Shown here: in pieces, positions 52,040 to 64,000 of the stretch
Layout of the letters: every line of letters starts with the position of its first letter
Position numbering within the stretch: position 1 is the stretch's first letter
From: Euprymna scolopes
Taxonomy: Eukaryota
Assembly: GCA_053919585.1 (NCBI GenBank)
Contig: CM132823.1
Direction: 5' to 3' (one strand)
Length of the DNA stretch: 64,000 nt
Position numbers and translations under genes: made by a program
The notes under the pieces: generated by a model
Database searches by the model: none
What the model saw: only the letters and a program-made list of their open reading frames with translations
What the model was told of the DNA's origin: nothing

Positions 52040-52200
52040 TTGCTCTCAGGTCCACTCTGACCCGGAGTGGTATGTTTCTATTTAACCGATAGTTGGGACC
52101 CTGACTTGAAAAAAAACATTCTAAAACTTTTCCAAATCACTGGATTCGGCCTTAAATAACCTGAAAAGGGTTGATATGCCGTAAAACAACCAACAAAATA
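52040..52200 (+). mobile_element. SINE/LINE 3'-tail fragment (I/Nimb-type tail)
   Basis: CAGGTCCACTCTGACCCGGAGTGG...TAAATAACC..GGTTGATATGCCGTAAAACAACCAAC. A related tail lies on the minus strand at about 5200-5246. Confidence 0.4.
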
Positions 52201-52469
52201 TTGATTGGATATTATTTGGTGAGAACTTAAAGCTATACTTACATAAAGAAAAATGCTGTAAAACAAAAACCAACCCCATGCGCATGCAACTTCTCACATT
52301 CTCACTTTATTAGTGGATCATAACTTGTTAAAAATGAATTCCAATCTGAAGTGAGTTCTCCCCAAAGGTACTAATAACCAAAGCTATCACTATAAAAGTA
52401 TAGAATCTTAAAAATGAGGACACAAATTAACATCTATTCGCAAAGAATATGCTAATTAACTTCGATTAT

Positions 52470-53210
52470 ATATAGTAAGTTATAAAATATACATGGCGAT
52501 TAAGCTACACAAAATATTCCGCATTTCATCCACTCTAGGATTCTTCAAGCTTATGTGAGAATTGTGGTTGTCTTGTTTTTACATATGCACTATCTATTGT
52601 TTTCAGTAAGCCAATCAGCTTTCTAGTATCCACCGCACCCTTTGTATCAGTCAAATAAGCAGGCACTTACAGGACAAAGGCCCAGTTGACCTCCAGTTGA
52701 CCTGTGTCCATCCTGCAGTTTAATAGATGTTAGGGTACTTTAAAGTATAGGATAGCAAATTTTTCATGAAGGCATAATCTACACATATCGTCTAGGTCTC
52801 TACATGTGTCTGCTTGTCTTACTATTTTCTATGCGACTACTAGCGAACGTTCGCTTTCCTTGAGTTCCCAGTATTTGTTTGCTAGAGTTTTCATACGGTG
52901 TTATTGCATGTACTTTTGTGGTCATAATATCGAGTTTTGAAATCAAAGGACGTCATACCTACGTAATATTTCTTGTTAATTTTGAAGTGGGCAAAGTGTG
53001 CAGTATCTAGTTGCATTTATCTTGTTCGTTATTAGTATTTTTATTTCTAATATGGTTGTTGTCCGGAGTTGGTTTATTCCTACTAGTTACATGTCTTTTG
53101 TGTTAGTTTTTTGTCATGGTGTCCACTTTTTTTTTTTATATTGCTATGTCTCACACATAAACTTATACTTTCATATATTAATTTATGAGTAAATGAAGTA
53201 GTTATATAAA
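52470..53210 (-). mobile_element. Neptune-type Penelope-like element 3' fragment (GIY-YIG) with pLTR remnants
   Basis: Minus strand reads KKYYVGMTSFDFKTRYYDHKS...LANKYWELKE...KIVRQA...MCRLCLHEKFAIL. Ends are shared with 32100-32305. Confidence 0.65.
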
Positions 53211-53634
53211 TAAGTGAACGTCTGTACATTTCCCTACGCAATAACTGTCAATTTTAAGTCTAGACTCGAAATTTGATATACAGGGTACTGAGATTTGGAA
53301 AAGTCTTTAATCGGTTTTCGGCTACAAATTTGGCTTTTAAGGTGTCAAAGTTCAACGATTTGACAACTCTACCAAACTCCTCCGCCAGTTTGGGGTCTAA
53401 ACACTTGAAATTTTAGATATAGGTTCCTTGGATATGGATCTAACTTAATAACTTGATTTGAGCCCAAAACAAATGTTAAGGGGGCATAACGAGTTAAATT
53501 TTAAAATTTGACTGCTTTGGTCTCTACCAAATTACTTGGACAATTTCTGGTCGAAACATTTGAAATTTTACCTAAAGGTTATTCAGATAGGGCAAGCTTT
53601 TTAATCGTTTGGGTCGAAAATTTGAGTTACCAAT

Positions 53635-54260
53635 ATATAAATGTATGCTTGCCTAAAACTTTTAACAGAGGCGACTGATTTCTACTACATCAGTATCGTT
53701 TTGAAGTTCGACCTTTCAGACGACAATATCGAAAAATTGGCTAAAAACGTTATCCTCACCTTCAACTGGGTACTTTTCTACAGGGGGTCGCTTTTTATAT
53801 ACATTAGTGATAGGATGATTCCAGTATTTTTCCTGATTCCGATTGTTAATCTATCTATACTCCTATAAATTCGTTTAATTTTTTTTTTTTTTTTTTTTTT
53901 TGCATGATATTAATATTAACATTTTTCTCTTTATTTAAAAAGAAAATACAATTTTCTTAAAGGTCATGGAATTGCATTCACTAGCAAGATTTAGCTGATT
54001 TGCATATTTTAAGCGTTCATTTTTATTAATTCCCTATTAGTTTCTTCGGTTTTATGAGATGATCATTAATGTAATTATATTCATGCAAACATTCTACATG
54101 ATTTATAATTGCATAATATTTGCGTAAAAAACCTTTTTGGTATAAAGACATGATCCTTCATAGGGGTCAGTTTAAAGAAAAATTTACTTTTTTTTTTTTT
54201 TTTTTTTTTCTTTTTCTCAATATACACTTCCAAACACCCGGGTAATGCCTAGCTGAAATG
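53635..54260 (+). mobile_element. Helitron-like non-autonomous repeats
   Basis: 53635-53800 is homologous to 10020-10200. 53850 TCTATCTATACT start and CCCGGGTAATGCC..AGCT end at about 54237-54255. Confidence 0.4.
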
Positions 54261-54599
54261 TGTGTGTGTGGTATGAGTGTAAATTGACAATTCCACAGGA
54301 AACTGACAGAGTATTCCTCCGTAAATTTTGTATCAAATATTTTGCTCTTTAGTACGTAACCTGTTGAAAATGACTTCCACTTTGAAGTAAATTCGCCCAA
54401 AAAGTAGTTTTTAACCAAAATTATGTGAAAGTATTAATAGAACTGCATTATAAAATAAAAATTGAAGCATGTCCTTTAGCAAAGAATATGCTAATTAACT
54501 TCGTTTTTATGTATATATTATATTATAAATAATATATATATTATATATAATATACATATGTATATATATTATATTATACATATATTATATATATATTAT

Positions 54600-57500
54600 G
54601 TGTGTGGCATCCGTCAGTCAAAATGACTATGGATCAGCACCATATTAAGATGTTGCCTGTATGCATCCTTTTGTGTGACTGTAGAGACCAATTCTTGATT
54701 TGCATAGTCTGCCACAGCCTTGACAAACGAAGGTTATGAAATTTGCCGCTTCGTCCGGCTGTTCCGCCTAACTCGTTCTTCTAGCTCTCTTTGCAGCATT
54801 TTAAACATGGAGGGTCCTCTTGCTGATGATAATCCCCTGGCATATCATTTTCCTCCAGGCAGTTCTGTCAGTTGCAGAGGCTTCCCATGTATTCCTGTCC
54901 ACCGAAAAAAGCCTTCATGTCACGCTTGCAGACATCCCTGTAGCGAAGATGGGGTCGCCCCTTTTTCTTGAGCCTGAGGCAAGCTCGCCATAGAGAAGGT
55001 CTTTAGGGATGCGCCCATCATCCATCCTGCGCACATGGCCCAGCCAGCGAAGATGTCGCTCACGCAGTAGGGAGTAAATGGATGGGATGCCCGCTCTCTG
55101 CAGAACATCAGTATTACTCGCTGTCCTGCCATGTGATACCAAGTATCCTACGTATACACCTCATATGGAAGACCTGGAGTTTCCTCTCTTGTGTTGAGTA
55201 TGTAGTACAGGATTCACTCCCATACAGTAGAACACTGAGGATGCACGCTCTGTAGATGGTCATCTTGGTGGAAGTGGTAAGGTGCCTGTTTTCCCAGACT
55301 CTTTTAGTTAGTTTAGAGGGTTGTGGATGCCTTTCCAATCCTTTTGTTTAGCTCCACGTCCAATGAGAGGCTGTCTGAAGCAGTGGAGCCTAGATATTGA
55401 AACTGGCGTACGACCTCTAGTGGTGTGTCTTGGATTGTGATGCTGGGTGGGGAGGCGGTTGACTTGGGTTTTCTTCTGGCTGATGGTGAGACTGAACAGG
55501 CTGCAAGCATTAGCAAACCTGTTCATCAGTCTTTGAAGACCATCTTCCTGCTGCGATGCTATAGCTGCATTATCGGCAAACAGCATGTCTCTTATCCGAA
55601 CTGTCCTGGTCTTTGTCCTGGAGCGGAGTCTGGTGATGTTGAAGAGACCACCATCTGACCTGGAGTGCAAGCAGATACCATCCGTTGTGTTCTTGAAAGC
55701 ATGCTTCAGGAGTAGGGAGAAGATGCCGACGAGTGTTGGGGCCAACACACAACCCTGTTTGACACATTCCTCACCCCGAACTCAGCAGACATGCCACCGT
55801 TAAATTGCACAGTGCTCCTCATGCCATCATGAAAGGATCTTATGATGCTGAGGAGTTTTGGTGGCCATCCAATCAGTGGGAGAATTTTGAATAGTTCATC
55901 TCTGCTCACGAGATCGAATGCCTTGGTCAGGTCTATGAAGGCAACATACAGAGGCTGGTTTTGCTCTCTGCACTTCTCTTGCAGTTGGCGTAGGGAGAAG
56001 ATCATATCGATTGTTGATCTCTCTGAACGAAAGCCGCATTGAGATTCTGGGTAGATTCGGTTGGCAAGAATGTGTAGTTGCAGTAATACTATACGTGCGA
56101 ATAGCTTGCCAACGAAGCTCAACAATGAGATACCGCGGTAGTTGTTGCAGTCACCGCGGTCCCCTTTGTGTTTGTAGAATGATATTTGCGTCTCTCATGC
56201 CCTGAGGCACTGAGCCTTCTCTCCAACACTGTATCAGAAGACTATGGAGGGGCTCAAGCAGGCTAGCCTTTACACTTTTTAAAACCTCTGCTAGAATATA
56301 GTCCTTTCCTGAAGCTTTTCCTGATGGCAGTCTGTCTATTGCCCAGGATAGTTCTTCTATGGAAGGCTCCTCAAGCTCATGCATCAGCAGTAGACGATCA
56401 ATGGCATCCAGGGCGGACTGATGTACCATGTTTTCCCTTGAGTAAAGCTCTGAGTAGTGTTCAACCCATCTGTCTAGCTGTTTAACTTTATCTAGTATGG
56501 GTTCACCCGATTTAGACTTCAGTGAAGCAGTTTTGTTAATTATGGATCCTGTAGTTCTCCTGATCCCGTTATACATATTTTTTATATTTCCTGTATCAGC
56601 TGCATGCTGGATAGACTTGGAGAGCTCCATCCAGTAGTTGTTTACAGCTTTTCTTACAGCCTTTTGAACTCCCCTTTTGGAAAGCCTCAGTGCAGCCAGC
56701 GATGTAGGAGATGGGTTGGCCTTGTATGAGAGCAAAGACAAACGCTTTGCCTCAATCGGAGGGTTGAGGGTAGCAGAGTTGGCATCATACCAGTCATTGT
56801 GTTTGCTACCTGTCCTCCTCCCAAAGACTTTGAGAGCTGTAGAGTGGATGGCGTTTTTCAGTGTTTCCCACTGTTCAGATGCAGTCCGGGCGTTATCTCC
56901 TTTGAAGGTGGAGGTTAACATCTCGTTGAATTTCGCACTGCAATCTGAGTATGTGGTCTTGCTAACATCAATACGGGCAATACCCTCCTGTTTAGTGTGG
57001 TAGAAATCTTTGGGTTGAAGTTTGACTCTACTGCATATTAGGGAATGATCTGTATCACAATCAGCACTGTGGTAGGCTTTAGACATCAGAAAATGTCTGA
57101 GGTACCTTCGTCTAGTAATGATTAGATCGAGCTGATGCCAACGCCCTGATCTGGGATGTCTCCAGGACACTCTGTGGTGCAGTCTGGCAGCAAAGAATGT
57201 GTTGGTAATGCAGAGATCATGGTAGGCAGCTCTGCCATGCATTGTTGTCGCCACCCACATGTGCATTAAAGTCCCCAAGTATAATCAGGTCTTCATTTTG
57301 TGGAAATGCCTTGGTGCTATCCAGCTGTGTGTGGAAGTGCTCCTTGATGTCGTCAGGCGCTGCGAGTGTTGGGGCGTACACACATAATAGATTAATTGTT
57401 CCATCTGTGGTGTTCAGTCGTAGTGAGATTAGGCACTCAGTAGCTGAATCAGTTGTACGCTCTGAGTCGGTGAGTTTCTGACTGCGAAATCAACACCGTG

Positions 57501-58245
57501 TTCCCAGACCTCCTCTTCCTGTTTTCCTTGCCAGAAGAAGGTATAGTCCAATTCCTTTAGGCATCCGGTGTCAGCTAAACGTGTTTCTTGGAGTGTAGTG
57601 ATGTCTACTTTGAGTCTCGATAGCTTGTTGTTGATGATGGCAGTTTTTCGAATATCGGAGATGTTGCGTATGTTGGTAGATAGGCCAATCGTCATAGTAC
57701 GAACATTCCAGCACCCTAGCCTAAGTGTTGGGTTCTTTGTGTTTCTTTTAGTTTTGTTTGGTGCAATGGTTACTGGTAACTTGTTGGAATCATCCTATAC
57801 CCTACGCACCCAGTAGGGTAGGTGGCCAGTGGCGGGATAGCACCTTACTGACTGAAGGCTGCTCAGCTTTGTGGTGGGTGGTAGCTGTCCAATGAAATGA
57901 AATGTGTGTCAAATGGCCTATTGATGTGTCAAGTGTGGGGTACTGTGTGCTTGTCACCTTCCTCTTCCAGTCCCTACCGCTGGCTAGCCTAGGCAAAAAG
58001 GAAGCAGAGTGCGTAAGTTTTCCCCGCCAGTACATTGCCTCTCCATAGGAAAGCTCCATGTAGTGTCTCCCTGTAAATTGAGTAGCTTGCGGACTCAAGC
58101 AGAACTACAGGAGACTCGGAGGTGGTCTGCCCCCAGACATGCAGCATGCCAGGCCCATCGTTGTATGGACAAGCCCTGATGCCCATGAACAGGCCCCATC
58201 TATGGGTAAATAGTACCACAGCCTTGTGGTTATTCGTTGGTTCGA
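54600..58245 (-). mobile_element. RTE-clade LINE, near full length, frameshifted
   Basis: APE: CWNVRTM..LQETRL, SWRHPRSGRWHQLDLII..ADCDTDH. RT: YPESQCGFRSERSTIDMIFSLRQLQEKCREQ..FIDLTKAFD, MLFADN, FQYLGS, LLYGSE, LRWLGHVRRMDDGRIPKDLLYGEL. RTE-type 3' end CCATAGTC..GACTGACGGATGCC next to a TA-rich tract. Confidence 0.92.
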
Positions 58246-58247
58246 TA

Positions 58248-61200
58248 AAGCTATCTGAAATAGCCTGTAAAATGGATTGGAAAATATTAGGGGGAAACGT
58301 CTACACTGACTTCAATGGGACCAATCATGAATTTCACTAAATTCAAAAAATCTACTAGTTACCTTTGTCAAAATATGTAGTTTAAACACGTGTCTTTTCT
58401 TTGAAGATCCACTTAAGAAAATAAATTCGCAACAATATTTAATAAAAATACTTGAAATTGTGTCAAAGACCTAAAAGTGAGACAACTAAAGTCTGTCATC
58501 ACAAACTCTCATCTTACATTCAGAAACTTCAATGTTCCAAACATCAAAAAATCCTATGAATATGTAACTTAAGAACTGTGTACACATAAATGCATATACA
58601 TGCACACATATGCAATGGTAGGTTTGGACAATAACATTTTTATAAAAACTACGTAAAATGTAAGCAAAGAATTCATGATAGACCTCCCCCCTCCACCTTC
58701 TATTGCCAAAATTTGGAATATGGTTTCTAAAGCTTCATTGTCTTCACTTCTCAGTTTCATATTCTCGACCCTAATGCAGATTTAAAGGTAAAATTAAAAA
58801 ATTATATTAAAACCAAGGTAGGTGAAGGGCTCAACTCCCACAACTTCCATGTGGTGAGCATATCATGCTGAGTGAGCTCACATGCAAAACGTTTCTGCCT
58901 ATCCGTTGAAGCCAAATTACCACATTAATAGGTTCCAAATCGAAGATAGTCACCATCAGTATGTGGAGGATGAGGCTGAAAACAAACCTAATCAGATTGC
59001 AACATCCCGTATGTTTGATAAAAACTTAATGCACACTTTGTAGCAAACTTTTTATTTCCACCATGAAAATGACTACTTTTAATTTAGTTGTTTAGACTCT
59101 GTAACTTATGATGCTTGATGGAATTAAAGTATAACTTTCATTTGTCAAATTTCACTTCCATATAGTTTAATTTTTAAAAACCCAATTTTAATCATTTATG
59201 CTTATGATTTGAGAAGACTTTTACACAAATATCTTTCAAAATATCAAAGGCTTCAAGTTTATCAGTTCTAAATATTAAACTCTCTCTCCTAAAACTTGAG
59301 CAATCTTGAAAAACTACTGCATGTAGCATGTGACCATTTTAATTACATGGTCTGATATCTTAGGATATGAGGATTAAACATCTTGTTCATTTTTATTAGA
59401 ATTTTATTGTTGGAGCGCCACCTGGATGGACCTTCCCCCACACAATCGGGACTTAGTAACTTATGTGGGGTTTGAAATTAAATTTATCAAATGACTCCGA
59501 GGTTGACAACTGATATTCTCTAGTTTGAGCGCTGAATCATGCATTTTTCTTAAAGCACAGAAAGATTATTTTTCTTTGGTTTCGCAGATAATCTACGAAC
59601 CCGTTTAAGTCCTGGGATTTTTACATAGCTCCCAGAGCTACATTTCCTTCAACGTTTGAATATTTCATGTAACATCTTTTACATGGACGAGAGTTTGAAG
59701 ATTTTTTTTTCTTTATCCCCCACAAAACAAATCTTCATCTCCATTTAATTTTCCTGCTTGCCACGTGCAACAAAATCAACACTTTCGACAATGCTGACCA
59801 TCAAGGAACATGTTTGCTTACGATTTTTGTCAAAGATTCTTCAATAAGTGCACAGGCTGCACTTCATTAATTACACCGTATCTACAAAAAGGAGGTTCTA
59901 TATTGTGACAAAAATAAAGAAAACTGTATTTCTCCATAGCTCAATTATATTTTGAGCAAATGAACATTGGCAGTCTGTGCACATCCAGAATATTCAGATA
60001 AATCTGCAGAAGGCGTATTAAATATTTTAACTTTCGACTTTCAACGAGACTCCCCTTTCAACAAAAGTAACTTATTCAGCAGTTAGGAAAACGTTCAGCA
60101 CAGAATATGAAAATCGTGTCCTTAATTGAATGGCCGACATTCAACATCAGATTAATCTGATGGCTCCCTTTTTGACTGAGCAACTATTGAATAATTGTCA
60201 ATTGGTTTTCTTGCTGTGAGATTTGAATCCTTCATGAACGTTTGAAGCCATTTCCTTATGGCTTCAGTAACATGAAAAGGGTAGCAAATCGTCCAACTTA
60301 TTTGAGTGAAGAGATGGTTGGAAAGTTTACCTTGGATTAGTGCTTTCTGTGAGGGGGGGGATATAGTGTACAGTTTCGACATGACTCCCACTATTTCTCA
60401 CTGGTTTAACTCTTTCGAATAAACATAAAGCCTGTGAGACTTGCAAAATCCTGATTAGGCAAGTGTTTATCTGATGTATAATTTTATTTTCTAGTTCAGT
60501 CTTTCTCCAGCATCTTTTAATCAGACAAGTTATGAATTCTTCCGTTCATTGTTAGATTTCCATCTTCACCTTTCTTGTGCAGTTTTTGACATCAGTTTTC
60601 GGTTACTACTTTATTATATTTGTGTTCAATACTAACTCGAAAAAAGCTGGGCCGATTTGAAACTTCTTGGAAATTTCACACTAATGCACTTAATGTCTGG
60701 GAGTGTTCTTAGGTAAGTCTTGTATTAGAATTCCCCTGATAAGTATCGATAATTAAAAAAAAAAAAAATCCGATTAAGGAAGTTCACTTTTGACCAAAGT
60801 TCATCTCTTTGGTACAACTTAATATTACAAAAGCATTTGAGTTTTTATTACCTCACAAGTAGAAAGTCCAAACGAATAGAATTAACAGTATGATCTTTGA
60901 AAGACAGGGGCGCATTCGAAATGAATATTTCTGTTTATAGCACAATTGAACCATATTTGACGTTTTTACATTTAAAAAATTTAATTTGAGCCTTTATACA
61001 AAAATAATTTTCTATATTTTTGAGTGCGATATAGACCGCAGTATATTGTAAACTCACTGTGGTAAGGTAAGTGAAGCTTCCAGAGGGGCTGTTCTCATGT
61101 TCTCAACTAGAGAAGGCAGTCCTTTGAAAAATCGATTTCATGAAGTTTGATATAGCATGGAAGGGTGGAATATTTGATCTTCATTCAATCCCGGATATTA

Positions 61201-61252
61201 TTGGGTCTTTGCTAGTTCTGGGGTTATACTGACTGAAATAATTTTCAGGATA
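58248..61252. repeat. Inverted near-identical copy of 11240-12790 plus 13860-15165
   Basis: Reverse-complement match with few substitutions. Extra segment of about 140 bp at about 60985-61125. Confidence 0.92.
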
Positions 61253-63830
61253 TTGTGTACACATAAATGCATATACATGCACACCTACGCAATGATAGGT
61301 CTGGACAATAACATTTTTATAAAAACTATGTAAAATGTAAACAAATAACTCGTGATAGTGAGACCCCCTCCACCCCCACCTTTTATTGCCAAAATTTGGA
61401 ATATAGTTTCTAAAGCTTCACCTCTCAAATAGTTTCATATTCTTGCCCCTAATGCAGATTTAAAGGTAAAATTTAAATTATATTAAAGCCAAATAGGTGA
61501 AGGGCTCAACTCCAACTTCCATGTGTAAAGTATATCATGCTTAATGAGCTCAAACGTAAAACGTTTCTGCCATAGGTCCCAAATCGAAGACGGCCACCAT
61601 CAGTATGTGGATGAGGCTCAAAACAAACCTAACCAGATTGTAACATCCCGTATGTCTGATAAAAAACATTAAATGCACACTGTGGCAAACCTTTTTATGC
61701 TTAAATATTTAATTTGAGAAGGCTTTTAACAACTGTTGCAAAACATCAAAGGCTTTAAGTTTATCAGTTCCAAATATTAAGCTATCACCTAAAACTTGAA
61801 CAATCGTTTTAGCTGTGTGGAAAAATTACTGCATGTAGCATGTGACCATTTTAATTACATGGTTTGATACCTTATTAGGATGAGAATTCAACATTTTGTT
61901 CATTTTTATTAGAATTTTATTGTTGGAACGTCACCTGGATGCCCCCCCCCCGCTTTTTTCCTGGACTTTTAAAATTTTCTAGTTATAGATATCGACTTCA
62001 TTGGTGCCATTTTATAAGCTTTTAAAGCAAACTTAAATTTCTACCTAAAACTTGAACAAGTTGATTAAAAAATTTTTTAACTATTTTGCAAATACGATCC
62101 TTCAATTATCTGCATTTTTAAACTTTGCTTCAAAACTAAGTAATATTCATGAATGTGCATCCATTTCCACACCGAACTCTTGAATGGGAAAGCATAATTT
62201 TGTGGGGAATTAAATTCATAAATTTTAAATTTATTTGGATTCATAGATTTTTAATCTACGAACCCGTTTTAGTCCTAGGATTGTTGCATAAATCCCTGAA
62301 CTTTTCCTCCAATAGTCTTGGATACTTCACGTAGCACCTTCCACAGACAGTTTGTATGAACATCTCTCCACAAAGCAACACTTTTTTTTCATTTAACTTT
62401 CTGTTTGCTACATGCAACAAAACCTTTTTGGACAGTAATGTGCCAGGTAATGTTGGTTTACAATTTTTGTCTCTATAATTAGATAAATGCAACTTTATGC
62501 GAGTTCGTTCTTTATGGACTCCAAAACGGCTGAACAGATTTTCTTTAAAATTTATAGAACTTTAGTGTAGAAGTCTGAGTGATCTTCTCGGAATACCCCC
62601 CGATAATTATTGATAATAAAAGCCTTTATTTTAACTATCATCGGTAAAGCTATTTTTTCCATGTTGTTGCCTAGAAACAATGATAGAACAGGCTGTGAAA
62701 TTCTTCTGTGGGTAAGTTGATAGCTTTTTTTTTTTTTTTTTTCTGGTAGATGGATCAGGAAAGTTTATTTCCTATTTTATAAAAGAAATAGGTTCTCTAG
62801 ACTGCAATGTAGAGTAACATTTTGGACTAAGTTACTGCATGGAGGCATGTGAAGCTTCTTCTCAGAAGATTTCACGAATTTCGATGACAAAAATGAGTGA
62901 AGTATTTAATCATTCAATCCCGGGCAGCTTCGGGACTCCCTGTTAGTCTTCCATAAGTGTATGAACTTCACTTAATTACCATCAGATATACGAAAAATGA
63001 GGCTCTATACTTTTGACAAATGAAGAAAATGATATCACTTAACTTGGAATAGACATCTTGTCAGCTCAGCTCTTATCAGAGCTCCATATGAGCTGTATTT
63101 TGAGCAGTTGTTGAATGTTTCCAGATGTGCACAAACTGCAATCTTCAGATATATTTATTAAATGTTCAGAACTTTGTTAATTTTAATGAATTCTGCTTTT
63201 AAGCAAAAGTGAAACATTTTGAGAAGTTTGAGCTGAAGATTTTAGGGAAACGTTCAGCACAGAAAAAATCCTTAAATGAACATCTATTAAAAGATGGATT
63301 TAATGATTCTCTTGGTTGAGCAGCTACTGTGAGTGCCGAGTGAAGATAGTTGGATGATAGTGTGTCCAGTCCTATTTCTGTATTATCCTCAAACCTGGTG
63401 ATATAGTGGTTGAAGCCGATCTTTCAATATTTGTATCTGGAATACCTTTCGAAGAAGCGATTGGGCTTCTGGTAGATGGATCAGGAATGTGGTCTTTGAC
63501 TTCACCTTCACTAACCCATGATTTGCAATTAATACAAATATTTCCATTCGTATTTTGATCATTCTGTTAATCTTAGCACCTGAACAATGTTTTGTGCCAG
63601 GTAGATATCTAGATAAAGGTAGTGATAGATAGGTGTACTGTAACAGTTTTTGACATTTTCGCTTTGTTGATTGAACATCTTTCAATTTGTCTTGGTATCT
63701 CAAGTGGTTTCGACCTTTCTATGACTAAGTCAACATTTTGTAAACAAGTTTTTATTCATCACTTAGTATGACCAGGCCAGCGTAATTAAGCCTGGTTGGA
63801 TAGAAAACTTTGTTACAATCTTGTTGAAAG
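61253..63830 (-). pseudogene. Further inverted, older copy of the CCCH zinc-finger gene
   Basis: 61253-61950 is homologous to 6380-6780 and 13990-14830. 62010-62460 is homologous to 5650-6080 (KKVLLHVANRKLNEKKVLLCGEMF..CGRC..DLCNNP). 63100-63270 is homologous to 12250-12430. Confidence 0.55.
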
Positions 63831-64000
63831 TTGTGTATTTAGGCAGCATATTTTCATTAAGACATGTGGTATTGAATCAGTGTTCTTGTTTGATTATCTT
63901 TTTCTGTAGTTTTTCCATTCGATGAATGGTATTTTTGTCATTACAGTCGAACCTGTGTATGAATGTTCCGAAATCTATTTCATTGTGTTCTTGCTAGTAC
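63830..64000 (-). mobile_element. Penelope-like element N-terminal fragment
   Basis: Minus strand IDFGTFIHRF..IHRMEKLQKKII...FNTTCLNENMLPKYT, resembling PLE ORF N-termini. Confidence 0.45.

Overview
AT-rich eukaryotic (invertebrate animal-like) genomic DNA. I see no intact host gene, RNA gene or CRISPR array, and there is one 226-N assembly gap (37119-37344). The window is an imperfect, roughly 57-kb inverted segmental duplication. Blocks in about 5.6-36.9 kb recur reverse-complemented and in mirror order in about 44.9-62.5 kb, with an extra inverted block at 38.9-41.4 kb. The duplicated cargo is (i) many decayed exon copies of a CCCH plus matrin-type zinc-finger gene (ZC3H7/HELZ2-N-terminus-like), including a tandem exon array at 1.6-9.4 kb, (ii) an unidentified spliced gene remnant with a double-CCAAT promoter, and (iii) a CGGBP1/DUF659-type hAT transposon nested in a Penelope-like retroelement. 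Other decayed elements, mostly in one arm only, are a TRT-like (DD37E) Tc1, a CR1-like LINE, an RTE LINE, an I/Nimb LINE fragment, Neptune-type PLE pieces with hammerhead-like motifs, and Helitrons. The most striking feature is a 5.4-kb, 239-unit minisatellite (22485-27861) inside the left hAT copy. Its single 30-bp progenitor, flanked by AAGC microhomology, survives in the right hAT copy (48765-48798). The unit variants are stacked in strict polar order (30, 25A, 25G, 21 bp). All family assignments are from motif recognition by eye, not database searches.
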